DNA of 64,000 bases, from assembly GCF_003182475.1 (NCBI RefSeq), contig NZ_QGTS01000001.1, positions 167,980 to 231,979 on the forward strand, given 5' to 3'. The stretch comes from Mangrovibacter plantisponsor (lineage in GTDB: Bacteria; Pseudomonadota; Gammaproteobacteria; Enterobacterales; Enterobacteriaceae). Both the position numbers and the translations under genes were made by a program. Positions 32,734 through 41,215 of this stretch are shown in pieces; position 1 is the first letter of the stretch, and every line of letters starts with the position of its first letter. Under the pieces are notes generated by a model. That model was given only the letters and a program-made list of their open reading frames with translations, ran no database searches and had not been told where the DNA came from.

Positions 32734-32810
32734 GTGAGGTGCGAACCCAGGAATCGAACCTGGCATGACCGACTTTTCGCTAATGCCGTTCTGCTGGCGG
32801 AACACACCCC
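32734..32810 (-). ncRNA. tRNA-like element (canonical T-arm plus acceptor-like helix) inside the ~310-nt leader of the SPFH/NTase transcript; candidate Y-RNA-like module or tRNA remnant
   Basis: Minus-strand CCAGG-TTCGATT-CCTGG (32763..32747) is a textbook T-stem/T-loop. Flanking GGGGUGU (32810..32804) can pair with GCACCUC (32742..32736), giving a ~77-nt tRNA-sized unit. D and anticodon arms are degenerate and there is no encoded CCA. Confidence 0.4.
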
Positions 32811-32890
32811 GGATAACGACCGTATCGTTCCTGGTGCGCTGGCGGAGAGTTATTAACTCCGGCAATTCCAGCATGCTGACGTAGATAACA

Positions 32891-32907
32891 TTGCCAGTTC
32901 CGTGCCA
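32891..32907 (-). promoter_or_regulatory. sigma54-type -24/-12 promoter (TGGCACggaacTGGCA) pointing away from rtcR toward the SPFH/NTase unit
   Basis: Minus-strand 5'-TGGCACGGAACTGGCAA-3' has GG and GC at the canonical 10-bp spacing. About 140 bp from the rtcR start, mirroring the rtcR/rtcBA arrangement in E. coli. Confidence 0.55.
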
Positions 32908-33043
32908 AAAACCAGAAAAGCGCAAAATAAATTCATAACCAATTGAAAAATATATTATTTATAATATAAAAGATGAATATCACTTGTTCGCCACCAGGCA
33001 TTTTTATATCCTTATTTATCGTATTTTATCTTTTGGGATAAAC

Positions 33044-34627
33044 ATGAATAAACGCCGGGTTGTGATAGGTGTACTGGGAACTGAACTGGACAGGCGAGGA
33101 AAACGCGCCAACCGGATGAAAAAGTGGCGCCCGACTGTTGGGTTGTGCATGCAGGAAGACATGCCGGTTGACCGACTGGAATTATTACACCAGCCCACAG
33201 ATATCAACCTGGTGTCTGCGGTGCAGCAGGATATTCAACAGGTTTCACCAAAAACGACGGTAAACACCCATGCTATTGCGATTAATGACCCGTGGGATTT
33301 TGAAGAGGTGTATGCCGCATTTCTCGATTTCGCCACACACTACCCGTTCGACACCGGGCATGAAGAGTACCTGGTGCATATCACCACAGGTACACATGTG
33401 GCACAGATTTGCTGGTTTTTGCTAACCGAGGCCCGCTACCTGCCCGCCAGCCTGTTACAAACCAGCCCGGCCAAACGCCAGGGAGATGAACCGGTTTCTC
33501 CCGCAGGCACCTGTTCCACAATTGACCTCGACCTGAGCCGTTACACTAAACTCACCAGCCGCTTTCAACATGAACAGCAGGAGTCGGTGTCATTTCTGAA
33601 ATCTGGCATTGAAACCCGCAATGCAGACTTTAACCGGACTATCGACCAGATTGAGCGGGTGGCACTGCGTTCATCTGCACCGGTATTGCTTACCGGGCCA
33701 ACCGGTGCCGGGAAGTCGTTTCTGGCCCGGCGTATTTACCAGTTACGCCAGGCCCGCCATTTAGTTAAAGGGCAGTTTGTCGCCGTGAACTGTGCAACTT
33801 TGCGGGGCGATAACGCCATGTCTGCGTTATTCGGCCATGTGAAAGGAGCCTTTACTGGTGCGCTACAGGCCAGAAGTGGCTTGCTACGTGAGGCCGACGG
33901 CGGCGTTCTGTTTCTGGATGAAATTGCCGAACTGGGGCTGGATGAACAGGCAATGCTTCTGAAAGCTATCGAAGAGAAAACGTTTTTCCCTTTTGGTTCA
34001 GATAAAGAAGTCCACAGTGACTTCCAATTGATTGCCGGTACGCACCGCAATATGCATGAATGGGTGGCTCAGGGCCATTTCAGGGAAGATTTATTCGCCC
34101 GTATTAATATGTGGACGTTCCGCTTACCTGGCCTTGCTGAACGCCGGGAAGATATCGCGCCAAATATTCGTTATGAGCTGGAGCGCTATGCCCGCGACCA
34201 CCAGGCACAAATTCGCTTTGATAAAGAAGCGCTCACCCGCTACCAGAATTTTGCCTGTTCAGCCGGAGCACAGTGGCGCGGTAACTTCCGCGAGCTTGGC
34301 AGCTCAATCGCTCGCATGGCAACCCTTGCAGAACAAGGGCGCATTACGGAATCACTGGTAGATGAAGAAATTGCCCGGCTGCAGGCAAACTGGAACCCTT
34401 CTGCACATTCAGCGCCGCCATTACCCGTCGATATCAGCCAACTGGATGTGTTCGACCAGCGCCAGTTAGAAACTGTAATTGAGGTTTGCCGGCGGTCCGC
34501 AACCCTTTCCCAGGCCGGGCGAGAATTATTTGCCGTATCACGGCAGAAAAAAGCCAACCCAAATGACGCCGACCGGCTTCGCAAATACCTGGCGCGCTTT
34601 GGGCTCAATTGGGATGATGTGAAATAG
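33044..34627 (+). CDS. rtcR: sigma54-dependent transcriptional regulator RtcR (CARF-like N-domain, AAA+ sigma54 activator domain, C-terminal HTH)
   Basis: Alignable along its whole length with E. coli RtcR (..KWRPT..LC.Q.....DRLELLH.. ..NPWDFEEVYA.. ..THVAQICWFLL.EARYLPA.L.Q.SP.. ..DLDLSRY.. ..GPTGAGKSFLARRI..Q..QARH.. ..GAFTGA.. ..DADRLRKYLARFGL.W..). Start at Met21 of ORF 32984..34627. Confidence 0.9.
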   Translation: MNKRRVVIGVLGTELDRRGKRANRMKKWRPTVGLCMQEDMPVDRLELLHQPTDINLVSAVQQDIQQVSPKTTVNTHAIAINDPWDFEEVYAAFLDFATHYPFDTGHEEYLVHITTGTHVAQICWFLLTEARYLPASLLQTSPAKRQGDEPVSPAGTCSTIDLDLSRYTKLTSRFQHEQQESVSFLKSGIETRNADFNRTIDQIERVALRSSAPVLLTGPTGAGKSFLARRIYQLRQARHLVKGQFVAVNCATLRGDNAMSALFGHVKGAFTGALQARSGLLREADGGVLFLDEIAELGLDEQAMLLKAIEEKTFFPFGSDKEVHSDFQLIAGTHRNMHEWVAQGHFREDLFARINMWTFRLPGLAERREDIAPNIRYELERYARDHQAQIRFDKEALTRYQNFACSAGAQWRGNFRELGSSIARMATLAEQGRITESLVDEEIARLQANWNPSAHSAPPLPVDISQLDVFDQRQLETVIEVCRRSATLSQAGRELFAVSRQKKANPNDADRLRKYLARFGLNWDDVK

Positions 34628-34645
34628 CTTATTGGGAAGAGCTAA

Positions 34646-34674
34646 GTGAACAACTCTGTATAAGAGTTGTTCAC
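34646..34674. terminator. 11-12-bp inverted repeat between convergent rtcR and the DUF3750-like gene (putative bidirectional terminator)
   Basis: gtgaacaactct-gtataa-gagttgttcac. Confidence 0.4.
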
Positions 34675-34710
34675 GATAATATTGCCAGCCAGGCCAGTGT
34701 GTGCGAACGC

Positions 34711-35490
34711 TTACCCTTGTTCGTTATCACCAGAATGACCACCCGCGCCAATGCTGCCAATAAACGGCAACCGCAGGCTCAACGGTGTAAAATCCAGCCC
34801 TAAATTCAGACCAAGAACGTTCACCTCAACGCCCTCTTCTGCGCCCACAGTAATACCCGCCACACCCAGTAACGACAACTGGACACCGCGCCCGGATGGC
34901 GGTAAGCCAACCGGGTTTAGCAACGAACGGTAATCCTTCCCTACCGCATTAGCCGGCATATCCAGTTTTAATGCCGGTACTTCCCGGCCGATATGGGCAA
35001 GAAACGTATTACTGTTAGGGCCCGGCCAGGCGTGGTAGGTATCCGGCCAGGGGTAAGAGGCAATCGCCGCTTCAATTTTAGGGATCAACGCAGCAGCTTC
35101 AGCACCACGATGCGACACCAGTAAGCGGGGTTTAGCGCCATACCAATAGCCATCCGGTGTATTACTGTTGCGCCGCACCTTGTCGCCAGAGCCCCAACTG
35201 ATGACTTCGTAGCGGGTGTACTGCGTTTCCCCGGCGCGTTTAAAAATAATCCACGGGTGTACTGCTACCGCCCCTTTCCAGCCCCAGGTTGGGGCTGCAT
35301 AAACTTGCACAATAGCTTGCTGAGCGTATTTCACCGGGTTGGGAGCGACGCCTGCCGAATCTCGCCGCGCGGACCACCATTGTGACTGACTCGTTGTTTC
35401 ACGCTGATGCACTGCCTGAGCGACACTGGCGGCCAGTGATAACAAAAAAATAGTTACTATGCCGAAGCCTGTGACTTTGCTCAGACTCAT
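34711..35490 (-). CDS. secreted hypothetical protein (DUF3750-like)
   Basis: Signal peptide. 259 aa, W/Y-rich, no catalytic motifs recognised. Confidence 0.55.
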   Translation of the reverse strand: MSLSKVTGFGIVTIFLLSLAASVAQAVHQRETTSQSQWWSARRDSAGVAPNPVKYAQQAIVQVYAAPTWGWKGAVAVHPWIIFKRAGETQYTRYEVISWGSGDKVRRNSNTPDGYWYGAKPRLLVSHRGAEAAALIPKIEAAIASYPWPDTYHAWPGPNSNTFLAHIGREVPALKLDMPANAVGKDYRSLLNPVGLPPSGRGVQLSLLGVAGITVGAEEGVEVNVLGLNLGLDFTPLSLRLPFIGSIGAGGHSGDNEQG

Positions 35491-36225
35491 AAATATTCAC
35501 CATGATGTTAGTTAAGACTGTTTAATCAGATGTAACCAGGAGCGGAACAAAAGTGCCCGCGTTTAACGGAGCACACCTGCTACGGGTTAGCCGTTCCCAT
35601 TGCAGGTATCTTTTTAAAATCCGGAGGTATTTTCTCATAAAATTTGGCTGTTTTCTCCACCACCTGAATACGGCTCAGTGTATATAAGAATGTTGAGTTG
35701 AGGTGTTTATGTGTGCGGTAGTGATATCTCTGGCGGTATAAACCTGATGGTGGTTGCACAATTTATTCACCGGTGGGTTTATCTGCGCTGCGGTAAAAGA
35801 TTAGCTTCGGACTCTGGAGTGAGGCGCTATTTACCGGGCCTGATTTGTTGAGCATCTGCCCGGTAAATGCATTTATGGCGAGGCCTTATCCGGATTATCT
35901 GATAATGGTCGAGTGTCTTTATGTTGACCTGCGTGATGTTTATTCCCAGGCTTTCGGGGGTGGATAACCCCATTGGCAACAGCACAATAAATTACCGGGT
36001 CGGCGTCATCATGTTCTGCCAGGCGGAAAGGTTTGGTTACCCCGGAAAGTAAACGACGTAAAAGTAACAGCCAGCTTCTGCTCATGTTCAGCCTGCTTTT
36101 GCTTTCTCAGATTCACCATCAGAATATGTTGCCAGCCCGATCGCCCACGTGCAGGCCAACCACCAGCGACAAATGACCATCTGAAGCCAGCGGGGGTTAA
36201 CCCACTGGCTTAACGTATTGGCCAG

Positions 36226-37353
36226 TTAAAATTCCACAATGACATTACCCTTCGGAATACTACAACACGACAGGATATAGCCCTCTTCAACATCCTCGTC
36301 GGTAATCCCGCCGTTATGGTTCATTTCAACTTCACCTTCGATACGTTTTACTTTACATGTTCCGCAAATGCCCATACCGCAGGCTTTAGGAATATGAAGC
36401 CCTAATTTAGCAGCTGCAGCATGGATAGTTTCACCAGGTGCGATTTGCACACTTTTACCTGTGCTCGCAAACGATACTTCAAGTAGTTCAGAGCTGGGTA
36501 AAGCTTCAGCCAGTTCTGCGGCTTCCTCCGCCCCTTGCACCACCTGCTCTTTAACAACGTCAGGGGTCGAGCCAAACGACTCTTCATGATAGCGAGACAT
36601 GTCAAAGCCAACATTTTGTAAGATGGCTTTTACCGCGCGCATGTAAGGTGTTGGCCCACAACAATAGATTTCACGTTCCAAAAAGTCCGGGGCAATCATT
36701 TGCAGCATTGCGTGAGTCAGGAAACCACTGTACCCACTCCAGTACTGACCAGATTCATAACGTTCACAAATAAGGCTGAGTTTAAAGTTGGAAATACGCG
36801 CGACCATATTTTCCAAATCACGTTTAAAAATAATATCTTGCGGTGTGCGGGCACTATGCACAAAAACCATATCAACATCGGCGTTAGTGTCGAAATACCA
36901 GCGAGCCATTGACATCATCGGGGTAATCCCTACCCCACCAGAGAGAAACAGCACTTTGTCACTGGGGAAGTCGATACAGTTGAACTGCCCCACCGGCCCA
37001 TGAACCGCAAGGTTTGAGCCTTCTGTCAAATTGTCATGCAGCCAGTTTGAAACCTGGCCTCCCGGCACACGCTTCACGGTAATAGAGAAGCTGTAGGGGA
37101 CAGAGGGTGAACTGGAAATGGTGTATGAACGAAACACTGGCTCGTTCTCTATCATCAGTTCCAGTGTGACAAACTGCCCGGGTTTGAAGAAGAACATCAC
37201 CGGTTGCTCAGCCATGAAGCAGAAGGTTTTTACATCCCATGTTTCCTGGATAACCTTGACGCACCGCACCGCATGGCGTCCATTACTCCAGGTCTGTGTC
37301 GTTACTGGCTCAAAGGCATTGGTATTCAGTACCGTGATATTTCTGTCTGTCAT
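36226..37353 (-). CDS. gbcB: Rieske-oxygenase reductase component (FNR-like FAD/NAD domain plus C-terminal plant-type 2Fe-2S ferredoxin), GbcB-like
   Basis: Start at Met22 behind AGGAAG. RSYSISS FAD motif, GGVGITP NAD motif, C-terminal CGMGICGTC ferredoxin motif. Divergent from the Rieske oxygenase gene. Confidence 0.7.
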   Translation of the reverse strand: MTDRNITVLNTNAFEPVTTQTWSNGRHAVRCVKVIQETWDVKTFCFMAEQPVMFFFKPGQFVTLELMIENEPVFRSYTISSSPSVPYSFSITVKRVPGGQVSNWLHDNLTEGSNLAVHGPVGQFNCIDFPSDKVLFLSGGVGITPMMSMARWYFDTNADVDMVFVHSARTPQDIIFKRDLENMVARISNFKLSLICERYESGQYWSGYSGFLTHAMLQMIAPDFLEREIYCCGPTPYMRAVKAILQNVGFDMSRYHEESFGSTPDVVKEQVVQGAEEAAELAEALPSSELLEVSFASTGKSVQIAPGETIHAAAAKLGLHIPKACGMGICGTCKVKRIEGEVEMNHNGGITDEDVEEGYILSCCSIPKGNVIVEF

Positions 37354-37722
37354 ACATACACTTCCTGTCGAAGGTAGATGGAAATAAACTGCCGATATCG
37401 ACTCTGGTGCAACCATTTACCTCTGAGCCGGTCATTTGATTTTCCGTTCAACCCTCCAACAACATTTATTTATTCGCGACATCGAAATATCTGAAAAAAC
37501 CACTTTTCAAATAAATTTTCTCTGCGCGTCTTTATCAGAGCGGTTTTATGTCGCAGTTAGAACATTGGCTAACGCTTAACAGGTGCAGCATGCATGCTGA
37601 CAGTTATCCATAACACCATTATGGACTTCCGGTAGACCGGGAGCTGGAGCTTTGTTGACAATCGGATGTGCCTGCAAAGGCACCGGACAATACAAAATGA
37701 ACAGCGCGAGAAGACCAACACT

Positions 37723-38988
37723 ATGAGCCACAACGATCTGCTGAATATAACTTGTGCAAGCCTTGTTGATGCGAGTGACCGAATGACTGAGTTGCTTGAA
37801 AAGCGCCAGCCGAACTACTCTCTGCCACAGGCTCTGTATAACGACCCAACACTGTTTCGCATTGATATGGAAGAAATTTTTCAGAAGGAGTGGTTGTTTG
37901 CAGGTATGAGTAGTGAGATTCCCAAAAAAGGCGACTATTTCACTCTGGAAATTGGGCAGAATCCTGTACTCGTAGTGCGTGATGCGGAAGGGAATATTAA
38001 TGCCTTCCACAATACTTGCCGCCATCGAGGTTCACGCTTGTGTTCACAGCATCGTGGAAAAGTTGCCAACCTGGTTTGCCCTTACCACCAGTGGACATAT
38101 GACCTCAAAGGTAACCTGCTGTTTGCCGGGACTGAGATGGGCCAGACCTTCGACATGAAACAACATGGTCTGAAAAAAGCGCAGTGTAAAACCGCCGGCG
38201 GTTTTATTTTTATCTGCCTTGCCGACACAGCTCCGTCTTCAGACTTTGACAGTTTTCTCGCGACGCTTGAAGAATACATGGCCCCTTACGATGTTGAGAA
38301 CACGAAACTTGCCGTGGAATCTCACATGTATGAGAAAGCCAACTGGAAACTGGTGATTGAAAATAATCGCGAATGTTACCACTGTGCGGGTAGCCACCCA
38401 GAACTGCTTAATACATTACTTGAGTGGGATGACACCAACGATCCCCGTGCACCGCAAACCTTCCTGGATTACTACAACCAACAGGCCGCAGATTGGGATG
38501 AGCAGGGTATCCCGCATCGCCATCAGAGCTTTGGTTTACGCAATCGTATTGTCCGTATGCCTCTGAAAGAAGGCGTAAAAGTTATGACCATTGATGGCGC
38601 TGAAGGGTGTAGTAAATTGCTGGGCCGTTTTACCAGCTACTTCCAGGGGTCGATGCGTATTCTGCATTTACCCAACTCCTGGAACCATATGCAAAGCGAC
38701 CATTTCATCGTTTTCCGTGTGTTGCCCATTTCAGCACAGGAAACTATGGTGACAACCAAGTGGTTTGTCCATAAAGATGCCGTGGAAGGGGTTGATTATG
38801 ATCCTGAGCGCCTGAGAAAAGTATGGGATGCCACTAACGACCAGGACCGCATTCTGGGTGAGGAAAACCAGCGTGGTATCAATTCAGTGGGTTATCAGCC
38901 CGGCCCTTACTCCGAAACTTATGAGTTTGGTGTGATTAACTTCATTGACTGGTATAGCGAAACTGTACTGAAAAACCTGAAAGAGTGA
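37723..38988 (+). CDS. gbcA: Rieske [2Fe-2S] non-heme-iron oxygenase, GbcA-like (glycine betaine demethylase oxygenase component)
   Basis: Rieske motif CRHRG..(17)..CPYHQW, mononuclear iron motif NRECYHC..H. ~420 aa as for GbcA. Start could alternatively be the ATG at 37666. Confidence 0.7.
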   Translation: MSHNDLLNITCASLVDASDRMTELLEKRQPNYSLPQALYNDPTLFRIDMEEIFQKEWLFAGMSSEIPKKGDYFTLEIGQNPVLVVRDAEGNINAFHNTCRHRGSRLCSQHRGKVANLVCPYHQWTYDLKGNLLFAGTEMGQTFDMKQHGLKKAQCKTAGGFIFICLADTAPSSDFDSFLATLEEYMAPYDVENTKLAVESHMYEKANWKLVIENNRECYHCAGSHPELLNTLLEWDDTNDPRAPQTFLDYYNQQAADWDEQGIPHRHQSFGLRNRIVRMPLKEGVKVMTIDGAEGCSKLLGRFTSYFQGSMRILHLPNSWNHMQSDHFIVFRVLPISAQETMVTTKWFVHKDAVEGVDYDPERLRKVWDATNDQDRILGEENQRGINSVGYQPGPYSETYEFGVINFIDWYSETVLKNLKE

Positions 38989-39192
38989 CACCTGCCTTCG
39001 GTGCCCATAAATATAAGATGCCAGGCATAACGCCTGGCATTTCTTTTGGCATTCAGTGTAATGACTAACCTCAGGTGGCAACACAGCGCCACCCCATATT
39101 CAGCACGCCAGGGCAACTCGCTGCCCTCATAAAAAAGCCAGCCTGGAAGCATAAACTCCAGGCTGGCGCGCAATAAACATCGTGCCGTTATC

Positions 39193-39966
39193 TTAGCGAA
39201 TCACACCTTCTTCAAGTAACAGGTCAAATATTGACTGAGCCATTTCAGCGACGGGTTTATCCTTCAGCACTTTTCCGCCTTCACTTTGTGACTTTGCGGT
39301 AGCAGCCCGGAAGCGGTCTGCCGCCGTTTTCGCTTTCACTACTTTCAGACGTTTTGGCTTTTTGCGTGCAGGTGCTTCTTCCCATTGCAGCATCGCCTCA
39401 TCAACAGCCTGTACGCCTTCATCATGAAAATCTATCTTTGCCCGGCTGGCAGGGCCATATGCACTTTGCCGTGGAGCTACTGCCGCCATATCTACACTGG
39501 CAATAAACGGCAGAGAAACCCTCAGTAAGCGGCGCTGGCCACGGGGTAATGCCTGCAACACCTCGGCTTCTGTACCAGTCATTCTGACGATTTCAGCCAC
39601 CCCAACCACCACCGGGATGCTGAGAGCTTCAGCCAGCAGAAACGGCAGCATACCAGATGACTCACCGCCTTCTGAGCGCACGCCAGTCAGAATAATATCT
39701 GGCTGTTTATGTTGCAGATAATGGCTCAGTACCTTAACGGCATCACCATTTTCATCCATCGACAGCACGCGCAAAGAGGAGATCCCCATCCCGGCGTAAC
39801 TGCGTAATGCTGAATCATATGGGTTGCCCGCATGCAGAACTTCCAACTGATCAACAGACAGACTCATTCCCATTTCTACAGCGCGCGCATCCTGTTCTGC
39901 ACGGCGGGCTCGTCCCGATTCCGGATGCTTACCTATCGAAACTAACGCAGTAATTTGGCAAGCCAT
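39193..39966 (-). CDS. etfB: electron transfer flavoprotein beta subunit (dgc-cluster type)
   Basis: Start at Met9 of the ORF. ETF-beta fold, atypical sequence as seen in the Pseudomonas dgcAB-etfBA clusters. Confidence 0.7.
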   Translation of the reverse strand: MACQITALVSIGKHPESGRARRAEQDARAVEMGMSLSVDQLEVLHAGNPYDSALRSYAGMGISSLRVLSMDENGDAVKVLSHYLQHKQPDIILTGVRSEGGESSGMLPFLLAEALSIPVVVGVAEIVRMTGTEAEVLQALPRGQRRLLRVSLPFIASVDMAAVAPRQSAYGPASRAKIDFHDEGVQAVDEAMLQWEEAPARKKPKRLKVVKAKTAADRFRAATAKSQSEGGKVLKDKPVAEMAQSIFDLLLEEGVIR

Positions 39967-39976
39967 ATTATGCTCT

Positions 39977-41215
39977 TCACGCTGCATCATTCAGTTCCTC
40001 TTTGCGCCAGGCCTGAGCAAGACGGGCCAGTTCAGCCATTATTTCGTCGCTATCCGCAATTACGCTTAATGACGCGCGTTTAACCATATCGCACCCCGGA
40101 TCAGTATTGATGGCAATCACCTTGTCGCACTGGCCAATACCCTGTAAATGCTGAATGGCACCTGAAATTCCGACAGCCAGATACACTCTGGCGGTAACCC
40201 AGGTCCCCGTTGCGCCAACCTGACGCAGACGTGGCATATGGCCGTTATCGACCGCTACACGGCTGGCACCTTCTGTCGCTCCTAATATTTCGGCTGTTTT
40301 ATGGAATTGCGACCAGTCGTTTACGCCATTACCTGCCGAGAGGATGAATTCAGCCTCAGCAAGCGGTACAGCCGCCGGGTCAACAGGTACCTGACCACAA
40401 TCCTTAATATGAACAGGTTTAACGCTCCACGGGCCAGGTACTACCGGGAGTGCTTCATGGCGTGTTTCATCTATGGGGTTAGCACACTCAGGTGCCAGCA
40501 ACAGCACCCGCGGGATCTGGCGCGTAATGTCCAGGGTTCCTCCTGCGGCACGGCCAGTGCATGTTTTCTCATCAACCCGCCAAACCTGAGTTGCCGGGCG
40601 CTCACCAACCCGGGCGGCAAAACGGCACCCTAATTCAAACCCGGCAGTCACACTATCTGGAAACAGCCAGAGAAGAGGAGCCAGTTCTTTTTCCACGGCG
40701 GCCAGTGCATTCGTGCAGTATTCCGGGCTGTAGCCCTGATACTGTTCACCAGTAAGATGAATAAGCCGGTCTACACCCGCAGTATCAAATGCCTCTTCTC
40801 GGTGTTCGCCAAAAACAATCGCCAGTACCGCCCCGGCTCCGCCCATGTGACGAATACGCTCGTGAGCCAGGCCAATGATATCTTTGTCATGGCTGGTCAG
40901 GCGGCCGCCGACCATATCGGGAACAACGGCAATATAATATTCTGGATTTTCAACACGATGCAGTGGCAGTTCAACCACCTTACTCACCGTAGCTGAACGC
41001 CGGCCTGCCGGATTCACAAAGGCACTAATATTCATCCGGTCAATTCGCTTAATACCGGCGGGGCCAATAAAACCCTGTGCATGTGGATTCTTACGCAGTA
41101 AACCTGTAGGGCCGCGAGTTTCCTGCCCAAACAAAGCCAACTCAGTATGCTGTGGGTGGAGCCGGTTACGCTGTATCCACTCAGCTCTGGGATCTCGACG
41201 AATAATTGAGTCCAT
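39977..41215 (-). CDS. etfA: electron transfer flavoprotein alpha subunit (with N-terminal extension)
   Basis: C-terminal FAD-binding region (..VAVGISGAIQHLQGIG..IAINTDP..). ATG overlaps the dgcB stop (ATGA). Confidence 0.8.
   Translation of the reverse strand: MDSIIRRDPRAEWIQRNRLHPQHTELALFGQETRGPTGLLRKNPHAQGFIGPAGIKRIDRMNISAFVNPAGRRSATVSKVVELPLHRVENPEYYIAVVPDMVGGRLTSHDKDIIGLAHERIRHMGGAGAVLAIVFGEHREEAFDTAGVDRLIHLTGEQYQGYSPEYCTNALAAVEKELAPLLWLFPDSVTAGFELGCRFAARVGERPATQVWRVDEKTCTGRAAGGTLDITRQIPRVLLLAPECANPIDETRHEALPVVPGPWSVKPVHIKDCGQVPVDPAAVPLAEAEFILSAGNGVNDWSQFHKTAEILGATEGASRVAVDNGHMPRLRQVGATGTWVTARVYLAVGISGAIQHLQGIGQCDKVIAINTDPGCDMVKRASLSVIADSDEIMAELARLAQAWRKEELNDAA

Noticed and set aside
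32734-32810. Bona fide tRNA gene
   Set aside because: Only the T-arm is canonical. D and anticodon arms cannot be folded convincingly, 4 extra nt separate T-stem and acceptor 3' strand, and there is no CCA. Kept as tRNA-like element or remnant instead.
32725-32925. 66-codon ORF on the minus strand covering the sigma54 motif and the tRNA-like element
   Set aside because: No RBS, TTG start, no recognisable protein features. Its reading frame is fully explained by the promoter/tRNA-like RNA elements it overlaps.
35873-36085. 70-codon ORF in the gene-poor region
   Set aside because: No RBS, no homology, Arg/Leu-rich composition typical of random GC-skewed ORFs.
37666-37722. Longer N-terminus for the Rieske oxygenase (ATG 37666)
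   Set aside because: GbcA-family proteins start near MSxN..; 37723 gives the family-typical length. Retained only as an alternative in the feature note.
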